64,000 nt of DNA from Eledone cirrhosa (taxonomy: Eukaryota), in NCBI GenBank assembly GCA_964016885.1, contig OZ024763.1, forward strand, positions 15,190,001 to 15,254,000, in the 5' to 3' direction. The notes beneath the pieces are model-generated. The model made no database searches, was not told the DNA's origin, and saw only the letters and a list, made by a program, of their open reading frames with translations. This document shows positions 27,083 to 40,264 of this stretch, in pieces. A program made the position numbers and the translations under genes. How positions within the stretch are numbered: the first letter of the stretch is position 1; every line of letters begins with the position of its first letter.

Positions 27083-27529
27083 CACACAAATTTAAATTTT
27101 GAAGACCAACACAATGCGTATGAAGAATGTTAAATTGCCAAGATAACAAAAGAATCTACCTCAGCAAATTTAACGATCCCAAATATTTTCAGATTTAAAA
27201 ACCCTTTATCAAGGAAGTAACCCTATGAGAGACTTAAAAAATCGATCCGATTGACTTGTTTGTATGGGAGCAGATTTAAGTGAAATGTTAAGTGAAAAGA
27301 TGTTAAAATTCCAAACGTACACGTTGTGAAATGTATGATGTATGTGTGATATGTGTATGTGTGTGAGTGAATGTTTGTATGTGTGTGAGTGAATGTTTGT
27401 ATGTGTGTGAGTGAATATAAGTTTATGTAGTGAAAGATGTGTGCGAATATATATATATAATTGTTTCTACTTTTGGCAGAAGGCCAGCAATTACCCAGTG
27501 TATTACTGGTACCTTATTTTATATATATA

Positions 27530-28653
27530 TAATAAAACGGGAAAAATGCGATATATGTATGTATGAGTGTGTGAGTCTAAGTGTGTTTGCCTGGTGAGGA
27601 CATAGATTTAATTTGAAACAATGAAACTGGCCATTATGAGGTTGGAATACAGTCTTTTAAATTAGCCATTCTGGTGCACTTCTTTCCATTCGATTATTGA
27701 TCCTAGGTTTTAATTGCTTGATTAAGAGAGCTTCCTTAATTCTCAGCGCGCCTATACTGTGTTCGGTAGCTAAGATTGTGGAGGTAATGTTGTCCCGGTC
27801 TCCACATTTGATGATGTTTGCGGAAGGAAAAGGAGTTGGTGTTAACATGCTCTTTAATATAGAGATGTAACAGTCGAATAGTGCTGCCTATGTAAAATAG
27901 ATTGCACGTGTTACATTCCAGCCTGTATACTACATAGGTACGTAGGCAACAATTAGTGTTGCGGATAGGGCAATTGGCTAGGGTTGCCTTGTGGAAAGGC
28001 ATCTTCGCATGGAAGAAGGTCCAGAGTGAGCTAGTTTGAAATTGAGGCCCTCTCTTCTGATAGTTTTGCATATGGCGTTGGTGGTTTCCTCGCTGAGATG
28101 TGGGATCTAGAAGAAGCAACTGTTGTTGGTGTTGGTCTGGGTTCTGGGTCTGGGGTTTCGTCGTTGGGTGGAGAAGGAAGCTGGGTAGCCGTTAATTTCT
28201 AATACCTTATGGAACCGTCTGATATGGATGGCTCTATTAGCAGTGTTGCTGCATCGGTTGCATATGCGAGCCATTTCTTTTAGAGCTGTTGGGGGGGGGG
28301 GGGCAGATTTGTAATGAACAAACAGTTCACTGCTGTCCGCTTTGCAGTAGAAATTGGTGTGGATTTCACCGCTACCAGAGATGTTCAGCCTGAAATCAAG
28401 TAAAGCAAGGGACCCAGAGTCGGTAGGATGTTCGATACTGAGAATTAAGGAAGCCCTCTTAATCAAGCAATTAAAACCTAGGATCAATAATCGAATGGAA
28501 AGAAGTGCACCAGAATGGCTAATTTAAAAGACTGTATTCCAACCTCATAATGGCCAGTTTCCTTCTTTCAAATTAAATCTATGTCCTCACTAGGCAAACA
28601 CACTTAGACTCACACACAGACATACATATATAGCATTTTTCCCCGTTTTATTA
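27530..28653 (-). mobile_element. Penelope-like element 3' fragment (RT C-terminus and GIY-YIG endonuclease) with inverted terminal duplication
   Basis: Frameshifted ORFs: SLALLDFRL..FYCK..NGYPASF; VVYRLECNTCNLFYIGSTIRLL..IKEH; LRIKEALLIKQLKPRIN. 28438-28653 is an inverted copy of 27530-27746. Confidence 0.9.
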
Positions 28654-29074
28654 TATATATATATATATAAATTCAGATATTATTATATATATATAAAGTC
28701 AGATATTCAAAACAACAAACAGCGAAAGACGCGTTCCGGACTCGTCCGACAGACAACCTTTTCCCACACCCCGGAAAAAAACCCCAGTTGATGGATGTGA
28801 ATCCGAAATATATAGGGACTATTAAATCTCTCCCAAGGTAACTCTCTCTTGTGTTGTTATTTTTATTTTTATCCTTTATACTCTTCCCTTCATTCTACAC
28901 ATCTTACACATCCTATACACACCACGCATCTCAACGTACACCCACTTACATCTCTCTCTCCACCACCGGACCTTGTTACCCGGAGATTTACCCATTTGCA
29001 TTGTCGAGGCTTCCAAACGACTTAAAGATATTTACTTATTGTTCCACAATGCTTCAAGCAAACTTCAATACTCT

Positions 29075-29113
<39 letters not shown>

Positions 29114-29489
29114 GCACACATCTTTCACTACATAAACTTATATTCATGTGCACACACATACAAACATTCACTCACACACATACACATATCACACATACAT
29201 CATACATTTCACAACGTGCACGTTTGGAATTTTAACGTCATTTCACTTAACATTTCACTTAAATCTGCTCCCATACAAACAAGTCTATTTGATCAATTTT
29301 TAAGCCTGTTATAGAGTTACTCCCTTGATAAAAGGTTTTTAAGCCTGAAAAGATTTGGGATTGTTAAATTTGCTGAGGTAGATTCTTTTGTTATCTTGGC
29401 AATTTAACATTCTCCATAACACATTGTGTTGGTCTTCAAAATTTAAATTTGTGTTTCCTATCAAACAATACTTCAAGCAAGCTACAAAA

Positions 29490-29530
<41 letters not shown>

Positions 29531-29876
29531 ACTTATATATTATGAAATACTGTTGGCTTCATGCTTACAATAATTTCTATACTTTCATTTATATAATATA
29601 TATATATATATATATACATGGACATGTATAAATATAAATATATATTAGATATGTACATGTGTGTGTGTGTGTCCAAGTGTTATGAGACTATATGTGTGCA
29701 TATGCAAATGTGTTTTGTGTGTGGGAGTATATACGTGTGTGTGGGGGGGGGGAGTGTACATGTACAAAGTGTTTTGTGTGTATACATACATGTGTGTGTG
29801 TGTGTATGTGTGTCCAAGTGTTATGAGACTATATGTGTGCATATGCAAATGTGTTGTTTTGTGTGTGGGAGTATAT

Positions 29877-29913
<37 letters not shown>

Positions 29914-30324
29914 TGTACATGTGCAAAGTGTTTTGTGTGTATACATACATGTGTGTGTGTGTATGTGTGTCCAAGTGTTATGAGACTATATGTGTGCATA
30001 TGCAAATGTGTTTTATATGTGTATATACCTGTTTGTATATATATATATATATACATGTGTTGTTATGGGTGTGAGCATGTGCAAATGTATTTTGTGTGTA
30101 TATATATGTGTGTATGTGTATATATGTGTGTGGATGTGTGTATATATACATGTGTTGTTATGGGTGTGAGCATGTGCAAATGTATTTTGTGTGTGTATAT
30201 ATGTGTGTATGTGTATATATGTGTGGATGTGTGTATATATACATGTGTTGTGTGGGTGGGTGCATGTGCAAATGTATGTGTACACACACACACACACACG
30301 CAAATGTCTTGTGTTGTGTATATA

Positions 30325-30395
<71 letters not shown>

Positions 30396-31489
30396 CTGTC
30401 TCTTGTAGTTAGAACTACCATTTACATGTGGTTTACATCAATTATGAGGTAGAGGGGGAGGGAGGGAGAGAGGGCAAGGAAGGAAAAGGATAGAGTGGGA
30501 GGAAGGAGAAGAGAGAGAAAGGGTTAGACTGTGTGTGTGTGTGTGTGAGAAAGAGAGGGTTAGACAGTGTGTGTGTGTATGTGAGAGCGGGGGGGGGGTT
30601 AGACGTGTGTGAGAGAGAGAGGGGGGTAGACAGTGTGTATGAGAGAAAGGGTTAGAAAGAGAGGGGAGAGGGGTTAGAGAGAGGGGAGAGGGGTTAGAGA
30701 GAGAGGGAGGAGGGGTTAGAGAGAGGGGGAGGGAGTTGAGAGGGGGAGGGGTTAGAGAGAGGGGGGTTAGAGAGAGAGAGAGGGGGAGGGGTTAGAGCGA
30801 GAGAGGGGGGGGGGGGTTAGACAGTGTGTGAGAGAGAGAGAGAAACCAACCCCTCCACCACCATCTTGATACTGTCAACAGATAAGTGAGTCAAGGAGAT
30901 GATATAGTGGTGGCAGGGTTGGGAAAGAGAGGAGGGGGGGGGGGTGAAAGGGCTCCCACAGATGGCGGTGGAGGTGAATGTGGGGGGGGGGTCCTAAAGG
31001 TGGCAGTGGGTAAGGTGGGTGAGGGAGGACAGTGCTCCCACAGATGGCAGTGGTGGAGATGGGGGTGGTTGTGCTGCCCTGGTGGTGGTGGTGGTGGCTG
31101 AGGGGAGAATAGGGCTCCCACAGATGGCTGTGGTGGTGGTGGTGCTGCTGATGCTAGGGGAGGGGCGCAGAAACAACAGGCAGTAGAAAATAATAACCTC
31201 TTTTTTTTCTCCTCCATTTCTTCCTCTGGACACCTCACCTACCCCCTCCCCCTCACCTACCCCTCCACCACCAACCTCAACCTCACAGACTTTTTACAAT
31301 CCACCCACACCATTATTTAGCTAGACACCAGCAGCAGCAACCTTCTTTCTCTGCCTGTCTGTCTCTGTCTGTCCTTGTCTCTCTCTGTCTGTCCTTGTCT
31401 CACTATCTCTGTCTGTGTCTCTCTGTCTGTCTGTGTCTATCTCTCTGTCTCACTATCTATCTATCTAACAGCCTGCCTGTCTATCTATC

Positions 31490-32400
31490 TATTACTGGGG
31501 TGTAGTGCCTCAGAGTGGAGAGAGAGAGAGGCACTGCACCCCAGTAAATTTACTGAAAGGTGAGTGAATGTGGTAAAAATGGCCCCAGTGATTGGACCTT
31601 CTCTGTATATAAACCTGTAGGTTGAAGAGGAGAACAAAAGGAAGAAAGGAGCACTTGCACAACACACTCCTGGAGTTGAGGGTTGTTCTATCTACAGGGT
31701 ATTAAACAACCCATTTGTGGTGCTTCCCTCCTATTGGCAAATAAAGAAATCTATCTATCCCACTGTCTCTCTCTGTCTGTCTGTCTCTCACTATCTATCT
31801 ATCTGTTTGTGTCTATCTCTCTGTCTATCTATCTAACTGCCTGTCTATCTATATAACTCTCTCTCTATCTATCTCTGTCTATACAACTCTCTATCTATCG
31901 ATATCTATCTATCTGTCTACCTTTGTGTGATAGCTATGGCGAAAGAGGTTGTATGGTGGACAAGGTTAAAAGGGCTGAGGTCAGACACCTTTCTCTCCGG
32001 CCAACAACTGATTCTTTTTTTCAAATACCACTTTGGAAGAAGAATCAGGATGGAGAGAGAGGTGCTGTACCCCAGCAAGTTTTATAAAAGGTGGGTGAAA
32101 GTGGCAAAGATGACCCGAGTGGTTGGGCCTTCTCTCTATATCAGCCTGTAGGTTGAGGAAAAAGAGGAAGAGAGGAAGGGAGTACTCACTCTTGGTGCCC
32201 CTGGAGATGAGGGTTGTACATTTTCTCGGGGGTATGTGTTACCCATATGTAATGTCTCCCCCTATTGGGGAAAATTGATTGATTTTGAGATTGTATTTGT
32301 GATAGTATTTTACACGTTTTTATTGTATGTAAACTTCCCCCCTTTGTATTTGTCCCCTTCTTTTGTACCCCTGTGGCTAATAAAGAAACATATCTATCTA

Positions 32401-32431
<31 letters not shown>

Positions 32432-32915
32432 TTATCTCTGCTTCACTGTCTATCTATCCTCTCTCTCCCTCCCTCCATCTCACTGTCTGTCTCTCACTCT
32501 CTGCTTCCCTGTCTATATATCTAACTCTCTCTCTCTCCCTCTATCTCACTGTCTATCTATCCTCTCTCTCCCTCCCTCCCTCCATCTCACTGTCTGTCTC
32601 TCACTCTCTCTGCTTCCCTGTCTATGGTGGACGAGATTGAGAGGACTGAGGACAGATGCCTTTCTCTCTGGACAACAACTCATTCCCTTCTTTAGGTATC
32701 ACTTTAGAAGGAGAATCAGAGTGGAGAGAGAGGCACTGCACCCCAGTAAATTTACTGAAAGGTGGGTGAATGTAGCAAAAATGGCCCCAGTGATTGGGCC
32801 TTCTCTGTATATAAACCTGTAGGTTAAAGAAGAGAGCAAAAGGAAGAAAGGATCACTTGCACAACACGCTCCTGAAGTTGAGGGTTGTTCTATCGACGGG
32901 GTATTAAACAACCCA
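31490..32915 (+). mobile_element. Three 3' fragments of a Tx1/L1-like LINE (about 31490-31750, 31922-32390, 32622-32915)
   Basis: IAMAKEVVWWTR..EREVLYPSKFYKRWV resembles L1/Tx1 ORF2 C-termini. Two copies end in AATAAAGAAA directly followed by (TCTA)n. Confidence 0.65.
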
Positions 32916-32995
32916 TTTGTAGGGCCACCCCCATCTCATCTTTCATCAAGTGAAACTCAACCAATATGAGTGTGGTTTGAGTGGCAGCAACTTAA

Positions 32996-33216
32996 CCCTT
33001 TATCATTTAAACCAGCCATATTGGGTCAGAATTCTCTCACATCTTTCTGTTCAAACCAGCCGTAAGTGGCTGCTCATACTGATGTTAAGATATTGTTCTC
33101 AAAATAAATAATATTAAAATCTTGTAGATTCGATATTATGTGAGATAATTATGTGGGGTAATGCCTTTACCACAAAATTATAATAATATATATATAGCAA
33201 TGTAAATGCTAAAGGG
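32996..33216. mobile_element. piggyBac-type MITE, about 220 bp
   Basis: TTAA|CCCTTTATCATTTA ... TAAATGCTAAAGGG|TTAA. Relatives at 34389-34578, 34583-37490 (split), ~37860-38059, ~10040-10238, ~11950-12150. Confidence 0.8.
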
Positions 33217-34725
33217 TTAACCCTTTCATTACCATATTTCTAATGAAAGACACCATCTGTGGTTTTCAAATTAATTTTGAAAATATCAAAGTATTTAAAG
33301 GGCTATAGTAATGTAAGTTATTAAGTTGGTGTTGGGAACATATCTTAACAAAGGTTCTTACATAAAATTATGATGGGAGTTTTTTAGATAAATATAAACA
33401 CTTTAACCATTTCCTTACCATATTTCTAATGAAAGACACTGACTATGATTTTGAAATAATCAAGAATTTGGAGGGATTTAGTAATATAACTAACTTTTTC
33501 ATTATTAAGTTTGTGTTAGGAACATAACTTAACAAAGGTTCTTATAGAAAATTATGAAGGAGATTTTTAGATAAATATAAACTCTTTAAAACAAACTATT
33601 TTGTATCATAGAACCAGATGGGGGTTGCCTCAAGTGGGTTGATATCAAATAGTTAATATCAGGAATATTTGGAACATAACTTAAAGGTTCTTACATAAAA
33701 TCATGAAGGAAGGTTTTTGATAAATAGAAACACTTTAATCCTTTCTTTACCATATTTCTAATGAAAAACCCTGTCTATGGTTTTTCAAATACTTTTGAAA
33801 TTAATCAAAAACTAACTTTCTTATTGTGATTCAAACATATTTTTAACTATTAATAAAAATGCAGATAATATCAACACCCTATACCATTGCTACCCAAGTG
33901 ATAAATGATTAGACAGAGTGGGTGAACACTCAAATAATAGACAGACCATCACCATCACTACCACAATGATATATGTCTGGACAATAGAGAACACTCTCCA
34001 TTCTCTGACATGCAGAAACCTAAGTACAAGATGCCTCATGGTCCCAACAGACAAAAAAAAATGGAGAAAATTTGACCCTAAAGAACAGCAAGGAAGGCAG
34101 TTTGAAATAGCCATTCCAGCTTACAGCACTTGGTCCTGTAGGTGGCCAAATCCATCCCAATAGTAGAAAATAGGGAAGTGATTCAAGGATCTACTCTCGA
34201 CAGTCACAGCTAATGCTTGGAGCACAGCCTAACAAAGATTCTTACATGCATCTATGATGCTTAGTATTATAGAACCAAGGGCAGTTTTAGGCAGTTTGGT
34301 ATCAAGGGTTAAAGGTTAATACCTAAAGTGTGTCCAAAGCCGAAAGGCTCGTCAGGCATAAATATAACCTAGTTTCATGTGGTATTAACCCTTTAGCATT
34401 TAAACCGACCGTATTTGGCCAGAATTCTCTCACCTCTTTCTGTTCAAACCGGCCATAACCGGCCATATTGTTCTCAAAATAAATAATATTAAAATTTCAT
34501 AGATTCGATATTATGTGAGGTAAGGCTTTTACCATGAAAATCTAATAGTATATATAGAGTAATGTGAATGCTAATGAGTTAACCCTTTAGCATTTAAACC
34601 AGCCATATCCGGCCAGAATTCTCTCACCTCTTTCTGTTCAAACCGGCCATAACCGACTGCTTATACTTATGTTAAGGTATTGTTCTCAAAATGAATATTA
34701 TCAAAATTTCATAGATTTGATATTC

Positions 34726-37413
34726 ATCATCATCATCATCATCGTCATACGTCCATTTTTCCACGCTAGCATGGGTCTGGATGGGAATTGTCCCACTTGA
34801 GGCAAGATTGGTTGTTTTGCTCAGGACTGTCTGGCGGGTTTTCTACGGCTGGATGCCCTTCCTAACACCAACCACGTTTACAGTGTGGACTGGGAGGTTT
34901 TTACCGTGTTACCTACACGGCCACATTACAGCGTGGACTGTGTGTTTTATTGTCGTGACACCTACACGTCTGGCGGGTTTTCTACGGCTGGGTGCCCTTC
35001 CCAACACCAACCACGTTTACAGTGTGTACTGGGAGGCTTTTACCGTGTTACCTACACGGCCACATTACAGCGTGGACTGTGTTTTTTTTTTGTCGTGACA
35101 CCTACACGACCTCGTTTGTTTCGGACTGGATGTTGTGGTACCAATATAACTTCACATTTAAGGGGGTGGTGTGGATGGGGTGGGGGTAGTGGGACAGGGG
35201 TGTATTTTGTTAGAGGTGCCTACTGACTGTAGGTTTCGCTTTGTACTTAGGCAAGGCGGGTCTTCTGTATAACTGTGTAGCGCCAAAGATCTCAGGCCAG
35301 TGACATTGTCTTGGAGAGGTGTAAGTGTGTGAGGTCAGAATTTATCAAGTCGTCCCAGGTTTTTCTGGGTCTGCCTACTCCGTGGCTACCGTCTATTTTT
35401 ATCGCCCTGCACTTTTTTATACAGCTGTCGTCTTTCATGCGCATCACGTGACCGTACCAACGTAGTCTTCTCTCGAGTAAACAACATCTGATCCCTCTTA
35501 TTCCTAATTTCTCCCTTAGTTCGTTTATGCTTTGCCGTTCACGTATATTACTATTACACATCCAACGGAGCATGCAAGCTTCGTTTCTCTCCAGTCTGCA
35601 TATATCCTCTGCACACAATGCCCAGGTCTCACTGCCATGTAACATTGCTGTTCGTATGCAGGCATCATACAACCTGCCTTTCATTTTTAGAGAGAACCCT
35701 TTAGCGGCCAATAGTGGTATAAGCTCTCTGAACTTTTTCCATCCCGTTCTGATTCTAGCTACTGTACTTTCAGAGCACCCTCCCCCATTGCTGATTTTGT
35801 CACCCAGGTAACGGAAGCTGTTCACTATTTCTATAGAACTATCTGTGCAATGGAATGAGCTAGTATTCTGTGGGCACTTGCTGCTACTTATTGCACCAGA
35901 GCACCGGCCACATATAAAATCTATATTCTTAGTTAGCTTACCTGTGATCCTACTACATCTTTTATGCACCCATACTTTGCATTTGGGACATAAAATGGAG
36001 TTTCTGCCTACTCCTTTCCTACACACTGAGCATGGCCATTTCCCGGATGGGACCGGTGCCCTATTTTCCTTCCTACTAACTAGAACTTTAGTCTTAGACA
36101 AGTTAACTTTAAGGCCTTTTGAGTCTAGGCCATGCTTCCATGTTTGGAATTTCTTCTCTAGTTCCGCCATTGATTCAGCTACGAGCGTTAGATCATCTGC
36201 ATATAGGAGTTCCCATGGGCAGCCGGTCTTGAATTCCTCTGTTATAGCCTGAAGGGCAATAATAAATAGTAGGGGGCTAAGGACGGAGCCCTGATGAACA
36301 CCAACTTTTACGCTAAACTCTTCACTATATTCGTTGTTAATTCTAACTTTGCAGACTGTTTCTTTATACATGGCTTGTATAGCTCTCACAAGCCATTCAT
36401 CAACACCTAGTTTTCTAAGGCCCATCAGATAATCGAGCGGGGTACTCTGTCAAAGGCTTTCTTCAAGTCAACAAAGGCTAAGTATAGGGGTTTACTTTTA
36501 GCTAGGTACTTCTCCTGTAGTTGTCGTACAATGAAGAGAGCGTCTGTTGTACTTTTACCTGACACAAACCCGAACTGCATTTCGTCTAGATCAATTCGCT
36601 CTCTGATTAGTTGCGCTATTACTTTTTCTGTGACCTTCATGACCTGGTCAATTAATTTAATGCCTCTATAGTTTCCCCTATCTAGGGCATCACCTTTACC
36701 CTTGTAGCAGTTAATGATGATGCTGCTGCGCCAGTCCTTCGGAACGACCCCATTCTGTATGACTTGGTTTACTATACCTTCAACTTGCACTGCTGGTCCC
36801 TCTATTGGGTCGATGTGGGGGAGACTGTCTTTCTCCCAATTATTCTCCTCATTTAGTAGCCTTTCGTAGTGACACTTCCAAGCTACCTTCTTATCAGCGT
36901 CAGTGATGGCAAGTACACCATCATCATTAAGGACACACTTCTCCCCGACAATATCACTGTTTTCCTTGACACATTGGCTAGCAATCCTGAACACCTCACG
37001 TTTTTGGTCCTCGCGTTGTAGAACATGCTTGAACTTTCTTTCCTCTGCTTCCCTTCTTGCGAAGTACACTTGTCTCCTACCTTCCCTCCTGGCCACTTGA
37101 TAGTCTTCTCTACTTCCCCCATCCCGCCATGCTTTCCAAGCCTGCTTTTTGGCCTTGATTGACCCCTCCACCTTACTGTTCCACCACCAAATTACTCTCC
37201 TCCTGCCTATAGGTCTGCTCCAGCCACAGGTTTCATCTGTCGCCTTCAGCAGGTTAGCTTTCAGGAATTCCCACTGTTCCTCTATATTGTACGACTCTAA
37301 TTACCCTTCCTTACTATCAAAAGCATCAAGTAATATGCTTTTAAATTTATTACTGGCTGTGGGGTCTTTTAACTTCCATATTTTTCTCCTGAGGATAGTC
37401 CTCTTCTGTTGTC
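34726..37413 (-). mobile_element. 5'-truncated RTE-clade LINE (RT pseudogene plus 3' UTR and (TGA)n tail)
   Basis: ORFs 36425-37171 and 35292-36425 (frameshift) with NYRGIKL, QFGF, AFVDLKKAFDRV, GVHQGSVLSPLLF, YADD, a Cys-rich insert and RRLRWYGHVMR..GRPRKTW. 3' UTR runs to (CAT)n at ~34726. Confidence 0.95.
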
Positions 37414-37499
37414 AATATGTGAGATAATTGAGGTAAAGCGTTTACCGTGAAAATACAATAGTATATATAGAGTAATGTAGATAAGGAAGGGTTAAGCAA

Positions 37500-37772
37500 C
37501 TGAGTACAAGACCCTCTCCTAGACAGTACCAGATAATTAAAAGAAAAGCTAGATGATTGGTATGCATAGCGCACAAAGGTGTGCATAGTTCGCAAAAGAG
37601 GTTTGCCAATATCTCGTGACATGAAGATCAAAGTTGTGAGGCCTTCTGCGTCAGTGAAAACCAGGATGTCATTGAGGAAAAGTGTGTTCAAAATGACACC
37701 AGTGCACTTAGCATCACTGGCACTGAAATGAAAGAAGCCTGGAAATCGTATTACAAGAGGTTACTAAACGTG
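37500..37772 (+). mobile_element. Degenerate RTE LINE fragment
   Basis: Reads CVSENQDVIEEKCVQND..EAWKSYYKRLLN, homologous to CVKENSDIVGEKCVLND..AWKCHYERLLN of the adjacent minus-strand copy. Confidence 0.75.
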
Positions 37773-38699
37773 TGGGAGGTGGTATGGGGATATAGAACGC
37801 CAGAAGTCTCCACCACTACAGCAGGTGTTTGAAACATAACAACATAACATAAAGCTATAGTATTTATATTACTCTATATCTACTGTTATAGTTTTCCAGT
37901 AAAGGCTTTACCTCACATAATATCGAATCTATGAGATTTTGATATTTTTATTTTGAGAACAATACCATAACATCAGTATGAGCAACCAGTTATGGCCGGT
38001 TTGGACAGAAAGAGGTGAGAGAATTCTGGCTGGATATGGCTGGTTTAACTGCTAAAGGGTTAAAATAAATAGCCTAGTATCATAGACCCAAAGGTGGTTT
38101 CAGATGGTTTGGTACCAAAAGAATTAAAAGGTTAAAATAAAACCTAAAATTTGTCCAAAATCAAGAGGCTTAAGCTTAAACCAGTTTCATGTGACATTAA
38201 GCAACACAAAGTATACAACCTTCTCTTGCACAAGACACTAGTCCATTGCAGTGTTAACTCCCAACTGCCTGGTACTAGAGATGGTGTTGGTGTAAGTAAG
38301 TAATTTCATCCGAGTGGACTGAAGCAATGTCAAATGAAATGTTTTGCCCAGAACACAACACACCAACCTGGCTGGCAATTGAACCCACAATATTACAATT
38401 GAGAAACCAACACCCTACCTAACTATTAGGCCACATGCCACCACTGATTGGCAGTATGACCCCACACCCCACACCCACACCAAAGTATGGCTTCAGACAT
38501 TGGATTGTGGCCATGTTGGGGAACCACATTCTTGTATTCTTTTACTGGTTTCAGTCCTTAAACTGTGGCCATGATGGGGCACCACATTCTTTTGCTAGTT
38601 TCAGTCACTAGACTGTGGCCATGCTGGGGCACCACCTTTTTTTCTTTTATAGGTTTCAGTCATTTTACTGTGGCCATACTGGAGCACCATATTCTTATA

Positions 38700-40250
38700 T
38701 TCTTTGCACTATACACCCAGCTAATGTAGACAGGTAACCTGAGTACCCCAATCTAGGTAGACACTCAACACTATGAACCCTTATGTAGGTATTTTACACT
38801 ATATATCCTGCTAATGTAGACAAGATACCTGTGTACCGTACTATAAATATAGGTACACTACAATATGTACCCTAATGTAGATACTTAACACTATATACCT
38901 GTATACCCTAATATAAATACACTTAACCTGTATACCCTAATATATAGGTAACCTATGTACCCTAATATAAATATAGGTACACTACAATATGTACCCTAAT
39001 GTAGATACTTAACACTATATACCTGTATACCCTAATATAAATACACTTAACCTGTATATCCTAATATATAGGTAACCTATGTACCCTAATATAAATATAG
39101 GTACACTACAATATGTACCCTAATGTAGATACTTAACACTATATACCTGTATACCCTAATATAAATACACTTAACCTGTATACCCTAATATAAATACACT
39201 TAACCTGTATATCCTAATATATAGGTAACCTATGTACCCTAATATAAATATAGGTACACTACAATATGTACCCTAATGTAGATACTTAACACTATATACC
39301 TGTATACCCTAATATAAATACACTTAACCTGTATACCCTAATATAAATACACTTAACCTGTATATCCTAATATATAGGTAACCTATGTACCCTAATATAA
39401 ATATAGGTACACTACAATATGTACCCTAATGTAGATACTTAACACTATATACCTGTATACCCTAATATAAATACACTTAACCTGTATACCCTAATATATA
39501 GGTAACCTATGTACCCTAATATAAATATAGGTACACTACAATATGTACCCTAATGTAGATACTTAACACTATATACCTGTATACCCTAATATAAATACAC
39601 TTAACCTGTATACCCTAATATAAATACACTTAACCTGTATATCCTAATATATAGGTAACCTATGTACCCTAATATAAATATAGGTACACTACAATATGTA
39701 CCCTAATGTAGATACTTAACACTATATACCTGTATACCCTAATATAAATACACTTAACCTGTATACCCTAATATAAATACACTTAACCTGTATATCCTAA
39801 TATATAGGTAACCTATGTACCCTAATATAAATATAGGTACACTACAATATGTACCCTAATGTAGATACTTAACACTATATACCTGTATACCCTAATATAA
39901 ATACACTTAACCTGTATACCCTAATATATAGGTAACCTATGTACCCTAATATAAATATAGGTACACTACAATATGTACCCTAATGTAGATACTTAACACT
40001 ATATACCTGTATACCCTAATATAAATACACTTAACCTGTATACCCTAATATAAATACACTTAACCTGTATACCCTAATATATAGGTAACCTATGTACCCT
40101 AATATAAATATAGGTACACTACAATATGTACCCTAATGTAAGTACTTTACACTATATACCCTGCTAATGTAGACAGGTATCCTGTGTACCCCAATATAGG
40201 CAGGTTCTCTACAATGTGCACCCCACTGTACGTAGGTATTCTACGCTATG
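38700..40250. repeat. Higher-order minisatellite (124/153-bp units from ~29-bp subunits)
   Basis: gtacactaca at 38853, 38977, 39101, 39254 and onward. Confidence 0.92.
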
Positions 40251-40264
40251 TACCCTTCCACCCA

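Noticed and set aside
34335-34360. Minus-strand CTGACGA followed by hairpin gcc-tttc-ggc
   Set aside because: No GAAA, stem III or stem I.
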